From Patescibacteria group bacterium (GTDB lineage Bacteria; Patescibacteriota; Gracilibacteria; BD1-5; UBA2023), in NCBI GenBank assembly GCA_031539165.1, contig JAVKLK010000033.1, positions 1-63,022 of the forward strand: a DNA stretch of 63,022 nt, written 5' to 3'. The translations under genes and the position numbers were made by a program. The notes beneath the pieces are model-generated. The model saw only the letters and a list, made by a program, of their open reading frames with translations, did no database searches and was not told where the DNA came from. Below, one piece after another: positions 34,967 through 46,907 of the stretch (positions are counted from its first letter, which is position 1; each line of letters begins with the position of its first letter).

Positions 34967-35789
34967 CAGCAATCTTTTGCGCAAGCAAAAGCCACTGATT
35001 CAGTGATATATCAGCGGGGCGGGCGAGAAGCGATATATCCATGGAAGAGAAACATTCCGAAAGATATCGTTTGGTTTCAGGGTTACCTCCAGAAAGATTC
35101 GATAGGGCGAGTTTTCTTGGTTGCGCAAACCCACGGGAAATACATGACAAAAAAAGACGCTCTTGCTCTTTCGATCGAGGAGCATTCGTTGTTTCAAATA
35201 CAAGAACGCTCGATTCCACTTTTGGAGGGGGGACAAAATTTCATGGACTTACCCGAATTGCTTCATGTATTTCGGAAGTACGATTTGCACAGGCAAGAGA
35301 GAGATAGGAAGCTCCGAAGCCACGAGACTCTCGAATCTTATCTCCCACTTCCTGTTGCATCAAAATAACCATCGCACTCGGGGAGTGTTCTACCTCGTAC
35401 AGAAATCGAAAAAGGATTGGCGAAGTGATGTAGTAGGGAATATTTGCAACAACGATGCTTTCTTGCTTGGGAGAGAAATGCAAAACATCCTGATGCAGAA
35501 TTTCAAACTCCGTTGAGGCATCCGGCATTAATTCTTTTTTAGCATATCTATCCTTGAGGATGGCAATCATTTTGGGATCGAACTCAACCAAAGTAAGCGA
35601 TGCTGGTTTTTGCTTGAGGATATGTTCTGTTAGAGCTCCATATCCTGGTCCAACCTCGATTACATGCTTCCCTTGCAAGGATTTAAGCTCAGCGATAGAC
35701 GCGAGAATATGATCGTTGGTCAGGAAGTTCTGGCCGAGAGATTTCTTCGGTTCAATGGAATATCGACGCTGGATTTCAGAATGAGACAT
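34950..35789 (-). CDS. rsmA: 16S rRNA (adenine1518/1519-N6)-dimethyltransferase
   Basis: Track ORFs 35241-35789 and 34950-35219 share a frame. KKSLGQNFL, VIEVGPGYGALT, ANIPYYITSPI. Confidence 0.9.
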
Positions 35790-35805
35790 GCTTCTTCCTC
35801 AGAGA

Positions 35806-36558
35806 TTAATTATTTTGCGTTTTTGTTTTCAAATTCCATTTACTTTTTATTCTTGAAAGTTCCCCCACATAAATAGTCCACTGCATGAGAAAACTCTCGT
35901 AGTTTTGGTTGAGTTTATCTACAAAAATATCTTTATCAGCAATATACGATTGAACCGTATTTTGCGTTCCAATCAGTCGTGCCATATCTCTATAGGCAGT
36001 CATTTTTGTTTGAACAAGAGCCTTGCACGATGAGGCACCATACAAAAACTGTGAGGCACCCCCATCAGTCGAAACTCAGCCACTAAATGCCATAACAGCC
36101 TCTCGAAGAGGGTTTCCTTCAGTCTCCAACGAAGAACATATATTCGCATACTTTGTTGGGAAGGCATCTTTTGCCTTCGGTCAAGTCTCGTCGAACCAGT
36201 CTACCAGTTTTTTATTTACCTCGACTGGATTCTTCGTATTGGCACCCTGAAATCATTTGAGTGCTTGCTCTACCTCTGCATCAAGTTTCTGAAACTCTCT
36301 ATCAAGAACTACCTGATATGCCACGTCATACGAACTTGCAACTTTCCCCTCTGGACAAAGATACTCCGTGATGGATTTTGGAGTTCACTTCGCCCGTGCG
36401 TCAAGGCAGGCCTGAATATCGGCAGTATATTTGCTCTGAGCATCTGAAGCGAACAAAAACACAAAAAATCCGCCAAGAATAAGCGCTGCTGCTCCACCAA
36501 AAAGGGAGAGAAGGTATTTTCCAAGACGACGGAGTGTCGATGCTTTTATTTGTTTCAT
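35806..36558 (-). CDS. membrane-anchored hypothetical protein
   Basis: ATG (rc 36556-36558): MKQIKASTLRRLGKYLLSLFGGAAALILGGFFVFLF. Joined through TGA codons to track ORF 35806-36045. Confidence 0.5.
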
Positions 36559-36833
36559 CGGAAAAAAGAGACTATTTTCTGCCGAAGAGTAGCAGGTTTT
36601 GACTCTTTTTCAATCATCTCAACTCCAAAAATAAGCATTTTTATGATTGAACCGAGTGTATGTCTCTCTCCTTCTTCCAAAACACGACGTTTGAGTTCAT
36701 CACGAGCTTTTTCTGTTCTTTTGATACCATAAATAGAGGTGATGATGCCTCAAAGAATCATACCAGTGACAAGCGCATCCATTTTCTTCACGCCCCGCTT
36801 TGCGAGGGCTCGTTTTCCAGAACTTCAAAACAT
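36546..36833 (-). CDS. small membrane protein (95 aa)
   Basis: Its ATG overlaps the Hsp20 stop (TAATG at 36835-36831). One hydrophobic segment MDALVTGMILGGIITSIYGI. Three TGA codons. Confidence 0.4.
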
Positions 36834-37273
36834 TATGATTCTAACTTATTAATCTTGATGGTTTTGGAAGGGAAACTGAGTTTTGGAACCGAAACAGAGA
36901 GGAGATTATTTTCCATGGTTGCCTGCACTTTATTGAAGGCAAGGTTCTCCGGAAGAATGATACTTCGGGAAAACGGACCAAAAAAACATTCTGTCACCAA
37001 CATGCGATTTGATTCTGAATACACAGACGGTCGAACTCGCTCTCCTGAAATAGTGAGAATATTTCGCGTAACGGATATATCGATTTCTGATATATCAATC
37101 CCCGCGAGAGGGGCGATAATAGTAATCGCCTCTTCTCCATCGAGAATATCCAGAGCCACCTGACCTACATCAAGCTCAGGAGCCTCCTCATCCGAGTGTT
37201 CGACATGAATGTGTCAATCGCTGTGATCGTCTGAATGAGTTTCCTCATTTCCGAGTCCAAAAAACTTAAACAT
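36833..37273 (-). CDS. Hsp20/alpha-crystallin family small heat shock protein
   Basis: Alpha-crystallin core GQVALDILDGEEAITIIAPLAGIDISEIDISVTRNILTISGER ... LLSVSVPK. Start set at MFKFFGLG (ATG rc 37271-37273). The track fragments are joined by TGA at 37214-37216. Confidence 0.8.
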
Positions 37274-37417
37274 AGGTTGAATTTGAGCAAATGGTATCGA
37301 GCAATCCAGTTTTTGCAAATATTGAAGACTCATGGTAGTCTTTTGAAGACTGCCTCGTTTCCTTATATTGTCCATCTCGTGACTGTACCTTCGATCATCA
37401 AAGACTTTTTCGGGAAT

Positions 37418-38623
37418 ATGACCCTTCTCCCCACCTGGTGGCCAAGGGGACATGAAACGAGGGAAAAAATTACTGTCTCCCTTCCTGAAATAGAGCACAA
37501 TCAGACCGTTCAAAAGATACGACTCAATCGAAAACAAAAAATATTCTTTCTTGATACTATTGGGTCTCTCGTTGGAGCCTGAATCCCCATTGTTACATCG
37601 CTGAAACTTCTCTATTTTCAGTCGAAAGACAAGCCCGTGAAAGATCTCTGTCTTTATGCAAAAACTCAGATTGAAAAAGGGAGAAATCTCGCTTCAACGA
37701 GCAGAGACATGCCGGGAGTTTTTAATCAGTTTGATAGTGCCATGTTTGAAATGGGCGATGCGACTGGGAAAATAGGCTATATTTTCACCACTTTGATGGA
37801 AAAAGAGGAGAAAATGTTAGAAATTGAACGAAAAGTAATTGGAGCTCTCATTTACCCAATTGCCGTAATCGGAGTTGCTGTACTTATGGTCGTAGGTCTG
37901 CTGATTTTTGTGATTCCAAGAATTGAGAGTATTTATGCAGAAGCTCATACGGCACTCCCTCCCCTGACACAAGGAGTGCTTTCGTTTTCTCACTTTTTGC
38001 AAAAGTATGGAATTTGGGTTGGAGCTGGAGTGGCGGGGATGGTATTTTGTGGACAAATTCTCCTCCGACAAAAATCATTCCGCTTGTTCTTTGACACAAA
38101 TATTCTTCGTATCCCCATTTTTGGGAAGCTCATTCGATACAAAATACTCGTAATATTTTCTGACTTTCTTTCGCTCCTCCTTCAGTCATGAGTCACCATT
38201 CATCGAGCCCTTGAAATAATACGGGAGGGGATGCCCAATCTTGCATACAGACTTCACATAGAGAGCATTATCAAAGAAGTCAGACTCGGGAAGCACCTTT
38301 CCAGTGCTCTCGGATGAGAGTATCTCGATAAAAGACTCGCTGGTGAGACGGGAGAAGCTCAAGAGTTACAGGCGAGCAAGGAGCGCCTTGAGGCTTTTAG
38401 TGTCGAGCTCTCCACATCAGTAAAGGTAGGCGAAACCACAGGAACTCTCGCAGCCATGCTGGGAAAGTCTGCAAAAAGGTACGAAAAAGAGATTGACGGA
38501 ATAGTAAAGAACATGAGTTCCCTTCTGGAGCCCATTGTTATTATTGTCGTCGGAGGAATTGTTGGAGTAATTATCTTAGCAATCATGATGCCATTCTTCA
38601 ATATGGCAAAAGTGATTGGCTAA
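37418..38623 (+). CDS. pilC: type IV pilus assembly platform protein PilC (GspF family)
   Basis: Track ORFs 37235-37582 and 37637-38191 plus the downstream part share one frame. Two GspF-type repeats ([17 protein letters not shown] with a G encoded by TGA; [19 protein letters not shown]). C-terminal TM segment [25 protein letters not shown]. The start (ATG 37418) is uncertain. Confidence 0.8.
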
Positions 38624-39693
38624 TTCATAGAAGCCTCTGCAAGACGCTCTGTTTGATCGGCAATCTGAAGAGCCTCAATAATGCCCCCCATCTTCCCCTG
38701 CATAATTGCTGGAAGGTTGGAGAAATTCTGACCAATACGGTGGTCTGTAACTCGATCTTGCGGGAAGTTATAGGTTCGGATTTTCTCTGATCTATCCCCA
38801 GTTCCCACTTGAGCAAGTCGCGCAGAACCTAATTCTGCATTTCGCTTTGCCTCTTCTAAAGCATATACTCGGGCCCGCAAAATCTCCAGAGCTTTCATTT
38901 TATTTTGGAGCTGAGACCGCTCATCCTGACATTCCACTACTACTCCTGTTGGCACATGGACCATACGGATTGCAGAATTGGTCTTATTAACCGCTTGACC
39001 TCCCGCTCCACTCGAACGAGAAACGAAAATTTCCAAATCTTCTTCTCGAATATCAATATCAAGAGCCTCTACTTCTGGCATCACCGCAACGGTCACGGTA
39101 CTCGTATGTACTCGCCCCTTTGCCTCTGTCTCTGGAATACGCTGAACTCGGTGAGTGCCCCCCTCAAATTTGAAGTGAGAGTAAGCCCCCGCTCCTGATA
39201 TTTTCACAATCATTTCTTTAATTCCCCCCACATCAGCAGAGTTTTCTTCCAAGACTTCTGTTGAGAAGCCAACCTCTTTTGCATACAACATATATGCATT
39301 GGCAAGCTCTCGACCAAACAATGCCGCTTCATCACCTCCAGCACCCGCTCGAACTTCAAGAATAATGTTTTTATCATCGTTTTTATCCTTTGGAAGGAGC
39401 GCAAGCTTAAGAGCCTCTTCTAAATCAGGGAGTTGGGACTCTGACTCGGTGAGTTGCATTTTGGCAAGCTCAATCATCTCGGAATCCTTTTCTGTAGCGA
39501 GAATCTCTTTTGCTTCGGCAAGATTTTGAATCAATGACTTATACTGAGCATACAACTCTACGGTTTTCTCCAAAGTTTTCTTCTTCTGCATAGTCTCCTT
39601 GAGGAGCTTTGGATCACTATAAATGGCGCCGTCTTGGAGTTTTGTTTCAAGAGCATGGAAATCGTCGACAAGATGGTCGAGTTCAAACTTCAT
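38620..39693 (-). CDS. prfA: peptide chain release factor 1
   Basis: Uninterrupted 357 aa [17 protein letters not shown] (PxT-type RF1 tripeptide position) and [11 protein letters not shown] (GGQ). Confidence 0.95.
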   Translation of the reverse strand: MKFELDHLVDDFHALETKLQDGAIYSDPKLLKETMQKKKTLEKTVELYAQYKSLIQNLAEAKEILATEKDSEMIELAKMQLTESESQLPDLEEALKLALLPKDKNDDKNIILEVRAGAGGDEAALFGRELANAYMLYAKEVGFSTEVLEENSADVGGIKEMIVKISGAGAYSHFKFEGGTHRVQRIPETEAKGRVHTSTVTVAVMPEVEALDIDIREEDLEIFVSRSSGAGGQAVNKTNSAIRMVHVPTGVVVECQDERSQLQNKMKALEILRARVYALEEAKRNAELGSARLAQVGTGDRSEKIRTYNFPQDRVTDHRIGQNFSNLPAIMQGKMGGIIEALQIADQTERLAEASMN

Positions 39694-39808
39694 AGGAAGA
39701 GGGGGGATAATGTGGCTTGCAGTCTAGAGAAAAGCTGGAAAAAATCCACTCATTTTGCATTTTGCGGAAGTCTCGATAGTATCTGCCCTGCAAAGTGTCT
39801 TGATTCAA

Positions 39809-39891
39809 GCCCCGATGGCGAAATGGTAGACGCGGAGGACTCAAAATCCTCTTCCTCTGGAGTGCGGGTTCAAGTCCCGCTTGGGGCACCA
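39809..39891 (+). tRNA. tRNA-Leu (anticodon CAA)
   Basis: GCCCCGATGGCGAAATGGTAGACGCGGAGGACTCAAAATCCTCTTCCTCTGGAGTGCGGGTTCAAGTCCCGCTTGGGGCACCA. Anticodon loop CTCAAAA, long variable arm, encoded CCA. Confidence 0.92.
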
Positions 39892-40141
39892 ATCAAGCAA
39901 CAAAACGTCAAGACATTCAGCTTTGCAATCAAAATAAGGAGGAGTATAGTACTTTCGCACTTCACAATCCGTGCATCTGCCTCGCGTATTTTTCTCTACA
40001 ATTTTACGCACTCCTTGGTGGTCCTGGATGGTCCGGTCTTCGTACCAACCACAACCACCCCTACCCTTGCTCTCTGTGATACGGTGAGCCTGGGACTCCT
40101 GCACACAGGGAACAAATAGAGGACATAACGATTGTGCGGTG

Positions 40142-40170
40142 AAAACTGAGCTCAAAAGGCTCAGTTTTTT
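40142..40170 (+). terminator. rho-independent terminator
   Basis: AAAACTGAGC-TCAAAAG-GCTCAGTTTTTT, ~250 nt after tRNA-Leu and 55 nt before the giant ORF. Confidence 0.6.
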
Positions 40171-40224
40171 GCGTGTTAGAGGGGTATTGGATATACTGAA
40201 CCCAGTAGTAGTCAATCCCCCTTT

Positions 40225-43200
40225 ATGACAGGAAATACAGAAGTGCACGGTCAAAACCCGAATACTCAGCAAGCCCCACTCAATGCCGTTCAACTGCGCA
40301 AGCTTGAACAAAGCGTCTATGCAGCATCTCTTGAGTATGGTAAATCCAAGATTACCACCTCAGAATGAGCAAAGGGGTTCCTGCAGTTTGCAACGAGAAT
40401 TATGAGCTTTGCAGATCTCGCAAACCGAGCAACAAGTCTTTCGCCAGAGCTGCGATCCTATTTGGAGGCAGTAGAGAGCCATATGTATCGTGACCGGGAT
40501 TTCCAGAATGAGTCAATAACTCGAGGGGAATTCAGCAGCAAAGAGTCTCGAGAATCTGCGGGGAAATGAATGCAACGAGCCATGAGTCAACTCGTGACGA
40601 AAGTATCTTTCTTCGAAAGAAGACGTGAAAGAATTCTAAAAACTATCGAAACAACCTACGATATATCCGCCTCCCAGAAACAAGCCGCACAATCTCTTCT
40701 CTGAAGCTATCCAGGAGAATCTCTCACGAATCTGATGTATCCGAAGCAACTCAATACCTATCTCCAGGTAGTCTTCGGAGACACCATGCCTCTTATGAAA
40801 TCTTCAGCAAAGCGCCTGCGATCAATTGCTGGAACCTATTTCAACCAATTAAGCCCTGAAGAAAAACGAGAACTCCTTGCGGGAGAGCCATCAACCGAGC
40901 TGGTGCAAAAACTCTGGGGTTGACTGGGTATTTTGGAGAAGAAACGATTCATAGAGGAGTACGGTCTCTCCTACTCGTTTGATCAACTCGTAGATCTTGA
41001 TCCGACAAATTTTTCGCGTGAAAACCTCACCAAAATCGCACAGGAGCATATTCGAGAGCAAATTTCAATCTGAGCCTACTCCAAGAGTGACACTCAGCAC
41101 GGACAGGAAGTATTGGCAACTATCGTAGATGAGCATTTCGACTGGTTTAGTATTGCAGGAGAAACGCTCACCTCAGATGAACTGATTCAGTTGCTCGAAA
41201 ATAAAAGCTTCAGTCCCGCTCTAGCAAAACGAATGGCGGAGGATATCTGGAACACCCACGAAAGCTGGAAAGGGATTTCAGCGAAGGAAACAGTGGAATC
41301 TGCTCAAGAAAAACGAAGGAAGTATGAGCAAGCAGAGCGCCTGAATGAGGCATCTATCCATCAAATTCGCGAAAAACAACTTGAATCAGGAGGAAGTATC
41401 GAGGGGGAAGATGTACTTCTGGGCGATGCATTTCGAACAAATCAAAAGAGTGCCGTTCTCATAGTTACAGACCCGACAACAAACAAAGAGCGATACTATC
41501 GAGTTTCCGCAGGTCACGAAGTAACGGAAGATGAGCCAGAATTGATGAGCATATATATAACTCCAATCGGAGAAGATGGAAATATCGATGCATCAATTGT
41601 AAAAAAATCCTCAGATAGAGTAGAAGGGATGCGGTGAATCCTACCTCGCATTCGGGGACAACAAGCAAGAATTGTCTCGTCAGAAGTTTTCGATGCCAAC
41701 AATGGAACTTCCATTTCTAAACAAACCGTGGATGCAAGCTCCATCATTCACGATCCCGATGCAGTAAACCGAGTGCCTTCTTCTTCAACGGAAGACTCTC
41801 AGGAAGAGGGTGCCCCAGATGGAGCCTCTCTTGGAGGTGCTCTACTCGCTACTGGAATGGGCTGAGGAGGCGCAGGACAACCACCGGAAGATGGTGAGTC
41901 AATTGGAGATGAGGAAGAAGAGCCAGAAGAACATCCTCAAGGAATCCCTGCTGAAATGGCGGGAGAAGCACCGGAAAATACACAAGAAACACAGACTCTT
42001 ATTCACTCACTTGAAGAACTCAATAAGAAGCTCTCCGAAAGCATCGAAGGCTTCAGCAAGATAGAGGAAGGATCCCTTATCAGTATCGGAAAAGCAGGAC
42101 AAGATACTTGGAATGTCTTCAAAGTGGAAAGTATTTCTGAGACAGGACTCAGCTTATATGATGGAAATGCGGGGGGCGTAGGAGTCGAGACGATTTCCTT
42201 TCAGGATCTTTTCAACGCGCACAAACGCCTCCGTCTTAAGGGTTTGGGCAAGCATAGTGGAGCATCCGGGCTTCTCAGCCTCATGCAAAACCATTCAACG
42301 AAAAAAGACACTTGGGCAGGCATGGAAATTCGGAAGAATGATGCAGGGGAAGATGAGTTTGATTTCACTGACAGACGATTTGACTCCGTAAAACACCGAA
42401 AACACTATTTCGTCGGTCGGGACGGACGAATTGTAGAAATCCTTTCTCTTGCAGATGGGACAATCACTGCAAGAATTGGAGAAAAATATAACGAAAAGGA
42501 GAATACTGCTTCATGGGGAGAAGAGCACGAATATCCGATTCAGTATCTCGCTCACTTCATGATACGATTCTCTGTGGAGCCAAAAAACAGTCCCTACCGA
42601 GAAATCGCACAACGTCCAGTAGAAGAGCATACAGAACATGGGCGCGTTAAGCATATATTTGGTCGATTGAGCATCCATGATGTATTTGCGGGAGGAAAGA
42701 AGTTTTTTGAGGAATTTAAGCACAAGCTCGAGCATGGAAATCACATGCAAGAACACCGTGTCATGCTTGGAATTGCTGATAAGCTATGAATGAAGAAGTG
42801 GAATGCGGAGTGGTATTGGGACTACAAGTCCAAGGCGGAGAACGAAGAGAAGAAAATGATCGAAGATCGACTCGATACTCTGGGGAAAATGTCTTCGCCC
42901 GACAGACAAAAATCAATCCGAGCCTCTCTCCTCAACGATGGGACGCACGACTATGATCACTGGACCAATGCGCTGAGCATGATAGAGAAACATGGGCACC
43001 TCTATGCGGGAGGACTTCAAGATCTTGAGGGTTCTTGGATCTACTTCCGACGTATAGCGGGCATCCCTCTTGATGCGGATATAAGCCAGTACTCTGAGTT
43101 TCAAGAAGCAGTGAAAGGCGTTCGAGGAAGTATTCTTGACGGAAACGTCACCGAGGAGGCAGTCATTCAAGAGTATATGAAAAAGAATGTCCATTTCCCC

Positions 43201-44592
43201 AATTCACAGATTTGGCGAATGGTGAAAAAGAGAATCCAAAGCGGAAATGACGAAGAGTTAAAAAATGGTGGCATAGAAGTTGAACAATTCAGCACGCTCG
43301 ATCAGCGCGTAAATTATGCCCTCTCAAAGATAGAATCTCGAGAATATGCACATGCCATTGGGGCAATGGAGCCAATTTTCGACAAAGACGGACCAGCTCA
43401 CAAAAAGCAATCCCTCGCATTCATGTTTGCCATGAGTCGAATTCCCGAGCGTCTTCCTCCTTCTTTACTGAGCAAATTCACGGATATCTACAACAAAGGA
43501 CGCCTCCACTCTCCCGCTCTGGTATTTATTAAAGATCTCTCGAGTCAAGCAATATTTCGAGATACCGTGAAAGCGATTGTGGAAGAGAAAGTCTCCAGAC
43601 TTCAAGCAGATCCTGCCACTCAAGCAGAAGGGAATGCTCTGAAAAACGATTTCGACCAGATGATGGGAGCAATAAGCAAAAACGGAGATATGAAACCTAT
43701 TTTTGCATCCATGAAAAAATTCTGGGAGTCCTACGGTCCAGAAATACAAAAGGAATTGACCGCAGCGCCAGAAAGTTCTATCCTCAGCAGCAGTACTGCT
43801 CGAAATGAGAATCCGGCGCTCGGACGATATCACTCAAAGCTAAAGTCACAAATTGGAGACGCCAATATTGCAAATGATGGGGAAATCGATCGTGGAACCC
43901 CTTTTGCAGCAGGAGAAACAGGGGCGAGTGTTATCTTCCTCCGTCCTGATAAGGTGATTGATAAAATGGGGCTTAATCTTTCCAGTAACTCATTCGCTCA
44001 GACTGGATTGGAAAAAGCATTCCAAGAAGATTTTGTCGATGCACTAAAACTCATCCGAGACAAAGGTGTAGAAGAGCTTTCAGAAGAGGATAAGCGCGCG
44101 CTCTTTGAATCTGTATATACAGCATTCACCGCCAAGATACAGTCTGTGAGTGATATCAGTCGATTCCTCCGACATGAAACAGTGAAGCCCTTTATAGAGA
44201 TGGGACTAGAACCTCCAAAAGAAGCTACTCGGGCTCAAGTGGAAGAACGAACTCGAGAAATTGCTGAACGACTTGCGCCGAAGAAAAAGGATTTACGAGA
44301 GAAAAATCGACAAATCAAGCAACTCTCTGATGCAAATCAACAAGTTCCTGATGGCCTTGAGCTGGAAAGCGTCTTACTCTCACAAGAGGTGCGACAGCTT
44401 GAAGCAGAGATGAAGGCAGAACAAAATAAGCTTCAACGATTTGGGAAGTATAACCCTCTAGATGATGCCCACCAAGCCCACTTTGAGGCCATGTATGCCC
44501 GATTCACCGGATCAGGAACCAGCGTTGCCCAAACCGTGAACCATGCGCGCAATGGAGCTGCGGCGGTCATGAACCCCGCTCGACAACCGTAA
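40225..44592 (+). CDS. giant hypothetical protein (~1455 aa)
   Basis: Track ORFs 40735-40923, 41113-41637, 41956-42789 and 42790-44592 are all in frame 1, joined only by TGA. First ATG after TAG 40177-40179 is 40225. Acidic low-complexity stretch GDEEEEPEEHPQG. No domain recognised. Confidence 0.7.
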
Positions 44593-44607
44593 AATATCCC
44601 CGATACA

Positions 44608-44637
44608 AAGCCAACCACTCCTCGGTTGGCTTTTTTT
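44608..44637 (+). terminator. rho-independent terminator after the giant ORF
   Basis: AAGCCAACC-ACTCCTC-GGTTGGCTT followed by a T7 run. Confidence 0.7.
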
Positions 44638-44661
44638 GAGCGAGAGCATATACTCTGGGCC

Positions 44662-45825
44662 ATGAACCGAATTGGAATTGACGCACGAATGTATGGGAGT
44701 GCTTTCACAGGAATTGGAAACCATGTTTCCCATCTTTTAAAAGAGCTCGCAAAAATTATTGAAAAGTGAGAAACGCAGAGCGAATATATCATCTTTTGTG
44801 AAGAGGGAAATGCCGAGGAAATAGCCTCACTCTCACCCTCATTCAAAGCCGTACCGGTGGATATTCCCCACTATTCTTTCAAAGAACAAATTCTCTACCC
44901 CTATCTCATCCAAAAACAAAAGGTGGATTTGATGCATTTCCCTCACTTCAACGCTCCTCTCGCATACCGAAAGCCGAGCATTGTGACTATTCATGACCTT
45001 ATCCTGTCCTTCTATCCAGGCAAATCAATCGGATCGTGGTTCAAAGAAAGGGCCTATCATCTTACTCTCGCCTCTATTACAAAGCGAGCGGAGAAGATTA
45101 TTTCTGTGAGTGCTCACACAAAGAAAGATATCGTTGAGCTTCTTCAAATTGACGATAGGAAAATTCAGGTCATCTACAACGGCGTAGACGAGCGTTTCTT
45201 TGAAACAATTCCCGAGAAGAAAATACAAGAAGTAAAGACTCGTCTTGGACTCTCTCGATATATTCTCTACCGCTGACTTCATCGAGATCACAAAAATCTC
45301 TGACGACTGGTTCATGCGTTCAAGAAACTTCTCGACCTTTGATACGAGGGTCAACTCGTGCTCGCAGGAAAAGAAGATCCTCGAACAGGAGAGGCGAGAG
45401 AGGCAGTACGAGAACTCTGACTGAGAAATTCCGTGGTATTTCCTGGATATATTGAAGAAGATGACATGATTCCCCTCCTTCAATGAGCGGAACTCTATGT
45501 AATGCCGTCTTTGTATGAAGGGTTCGGTCTACCGATAATAGAAGCCATGGCAAGCAGGGTACCTGTTGCTGCATCAAAAACCACTTCACTCCCAGAGGTA
45601 TGAGGTACTGCAGCACGGTATTTCCACCCTCTTCGAGTCGATGAAATGGCGACTACTTTGCACGAGATACTCATAAGCTCCCCTCTTCAGGAGACAATGA
45701 AGCAGGAGGGAGTGATTCAGGCAAAAAAATTCAGTTGGGTTACCCTCGCAGAAGAAACCCTAAATCTATACAAGGAAGTACTCCAAAATAGAGGACTCCT
45801 TCCCGTAAAAGACAGAGAGGATTAG
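44662..45825 (+). CDS. GT4-family glycosyltransferase
   Basis: [12 protein letters not shown] ... track ORF 44857-45276 ... then [38 protein letters not shown], with TGA encoding the first G of EVGG. Ends TAG 45823-45825. Confidence 0.85.
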
Positions 45826-46508
45826 TACTGCTCAAAGTGTATCGCCTCCTTAGGAATGCCAAGCAAGGAGAGTTTCTCTCGAACATCCTTCACCATTACT
45901 GGACTTCAACAAATGAAGAACTCTTGAAATTGACCAATATATTCTGGGGTCAATGCTTCTGTCACATACCCCTTTCGAAAAGGAGATGAGGCATCTTTGG
46001 GTCGACTTATGTATTGTTCAAAAGAAAAATTTGGGTTTTCTGATTGGATTCGAACAATTTCTTCCTGTAAGAAAACATCGTCTTCTGTTCTTACTCCAAA
46101 AAGAAAATGCGTACGAGACAAGGTTCTTCTTTGCTCGAGTGCTTTAATCTGAAAATACAATGGAGCAAATCCTGTCCCTGTTCCGATAAACAATCGAGAT
46201 ACTTCACCATCCGTGAGAGTAAAATGTCCAAGAGGCCCCATTCCAGAAAGCGTTTGCCCTATCTCAATATCACATATTTCTCGACTTCATGCCCCTTCAT
46301 GGGGGAGGCGTTTAATGATAAAATGAAATACTCCTTCTTGAAAGAAACTTATTGAGTAGGCTCGGCGCAATCCCGATGGAAGAAGAAACAGCACATACTG
46401 TCCCGGGAGAGGCGGGGGAGCTTCCGAACAAGAGAATTGCAACTCAAAGACATCATGAGTGAGAGCTTTCTTATTCAGAAGCGTGTAGGAATGCTGAACT
46501 ATGGCCAT
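45822..46508 (-). CDS. ferredoxin-NADP reductase-type FAD/NAD(P)-binding oxidoreductase
   Basis: Track ORFs 46287-46568 and 45906-46241 share a frame. RRAYSIS (RxYS FAD site), GTGTGFAP, and FICGSPVM with the G encoded by TGA. Start set at ATG 46508 to avoid overlapping the upstream CDS (alternative 46568). Confidence 0.75.
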
Positions 46509-46515
46509 AGTAAAA

Positions 46516-46884
46516 TTATGCTGCTGCGCGAAATGATTCATTATTTGCCGAAGCGCTCGAATATGCATGCGAGACGACCGGGGTATCTGGAGTATTCACT
46601 TGGACCGCTTTTCGAACTGCTTGCATCTGAGAGATAAAATCAGCATATTCTGCAACTGCCTCCGGAGAGATTTGTTGTGCAGAAAATGGAAGCAATGCTC
46701 GAATATTGGGAACCAAAGGAATAATTCTTGCTCGAAGCTGAGCAATAATCTCCTTCGTTTGTACCGATCCATCGGAAACAACAGGAAAGGCTCCCTCTAT
46801 CATGGGAGCTACTCCTGCTTCTTGAGCTATTCAGTCAGCAGGAGTGGGTTTCGCTGTATCAACGGAATCAGACTGAGATATCAT
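46516..46884 (-). CDS. hypothetical protein downstream of recA
   Basis: ATG (rc 46882-46884), joined through one TGA to track ORF 46516-46803. No RecX-like motif recognised. Confidence 0.45.
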
Positions 46885-46907
46885 GCTATGATGATAGCAT
46901 AAAGCGC

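Noticed and set aside
40008-40030. T-box-like sequence (cttGGTGGTcCtgGa versus the GGGTGGTACCGCG core)
   Set aside because: The match is only partial. It lies ~130 nt upstream of the terminator rather than forming its antiterminator, and the downstream gene is not an aaRS or amino-acid gene.
39634-40311. Track ORFs 39634-40119 (+) and 39841-40311 (-)
   Set aside because: Both run through the tRNA-Leu gene and the terminator hairpin, and their products are low-complexity with no motif. They were not called as CDS.
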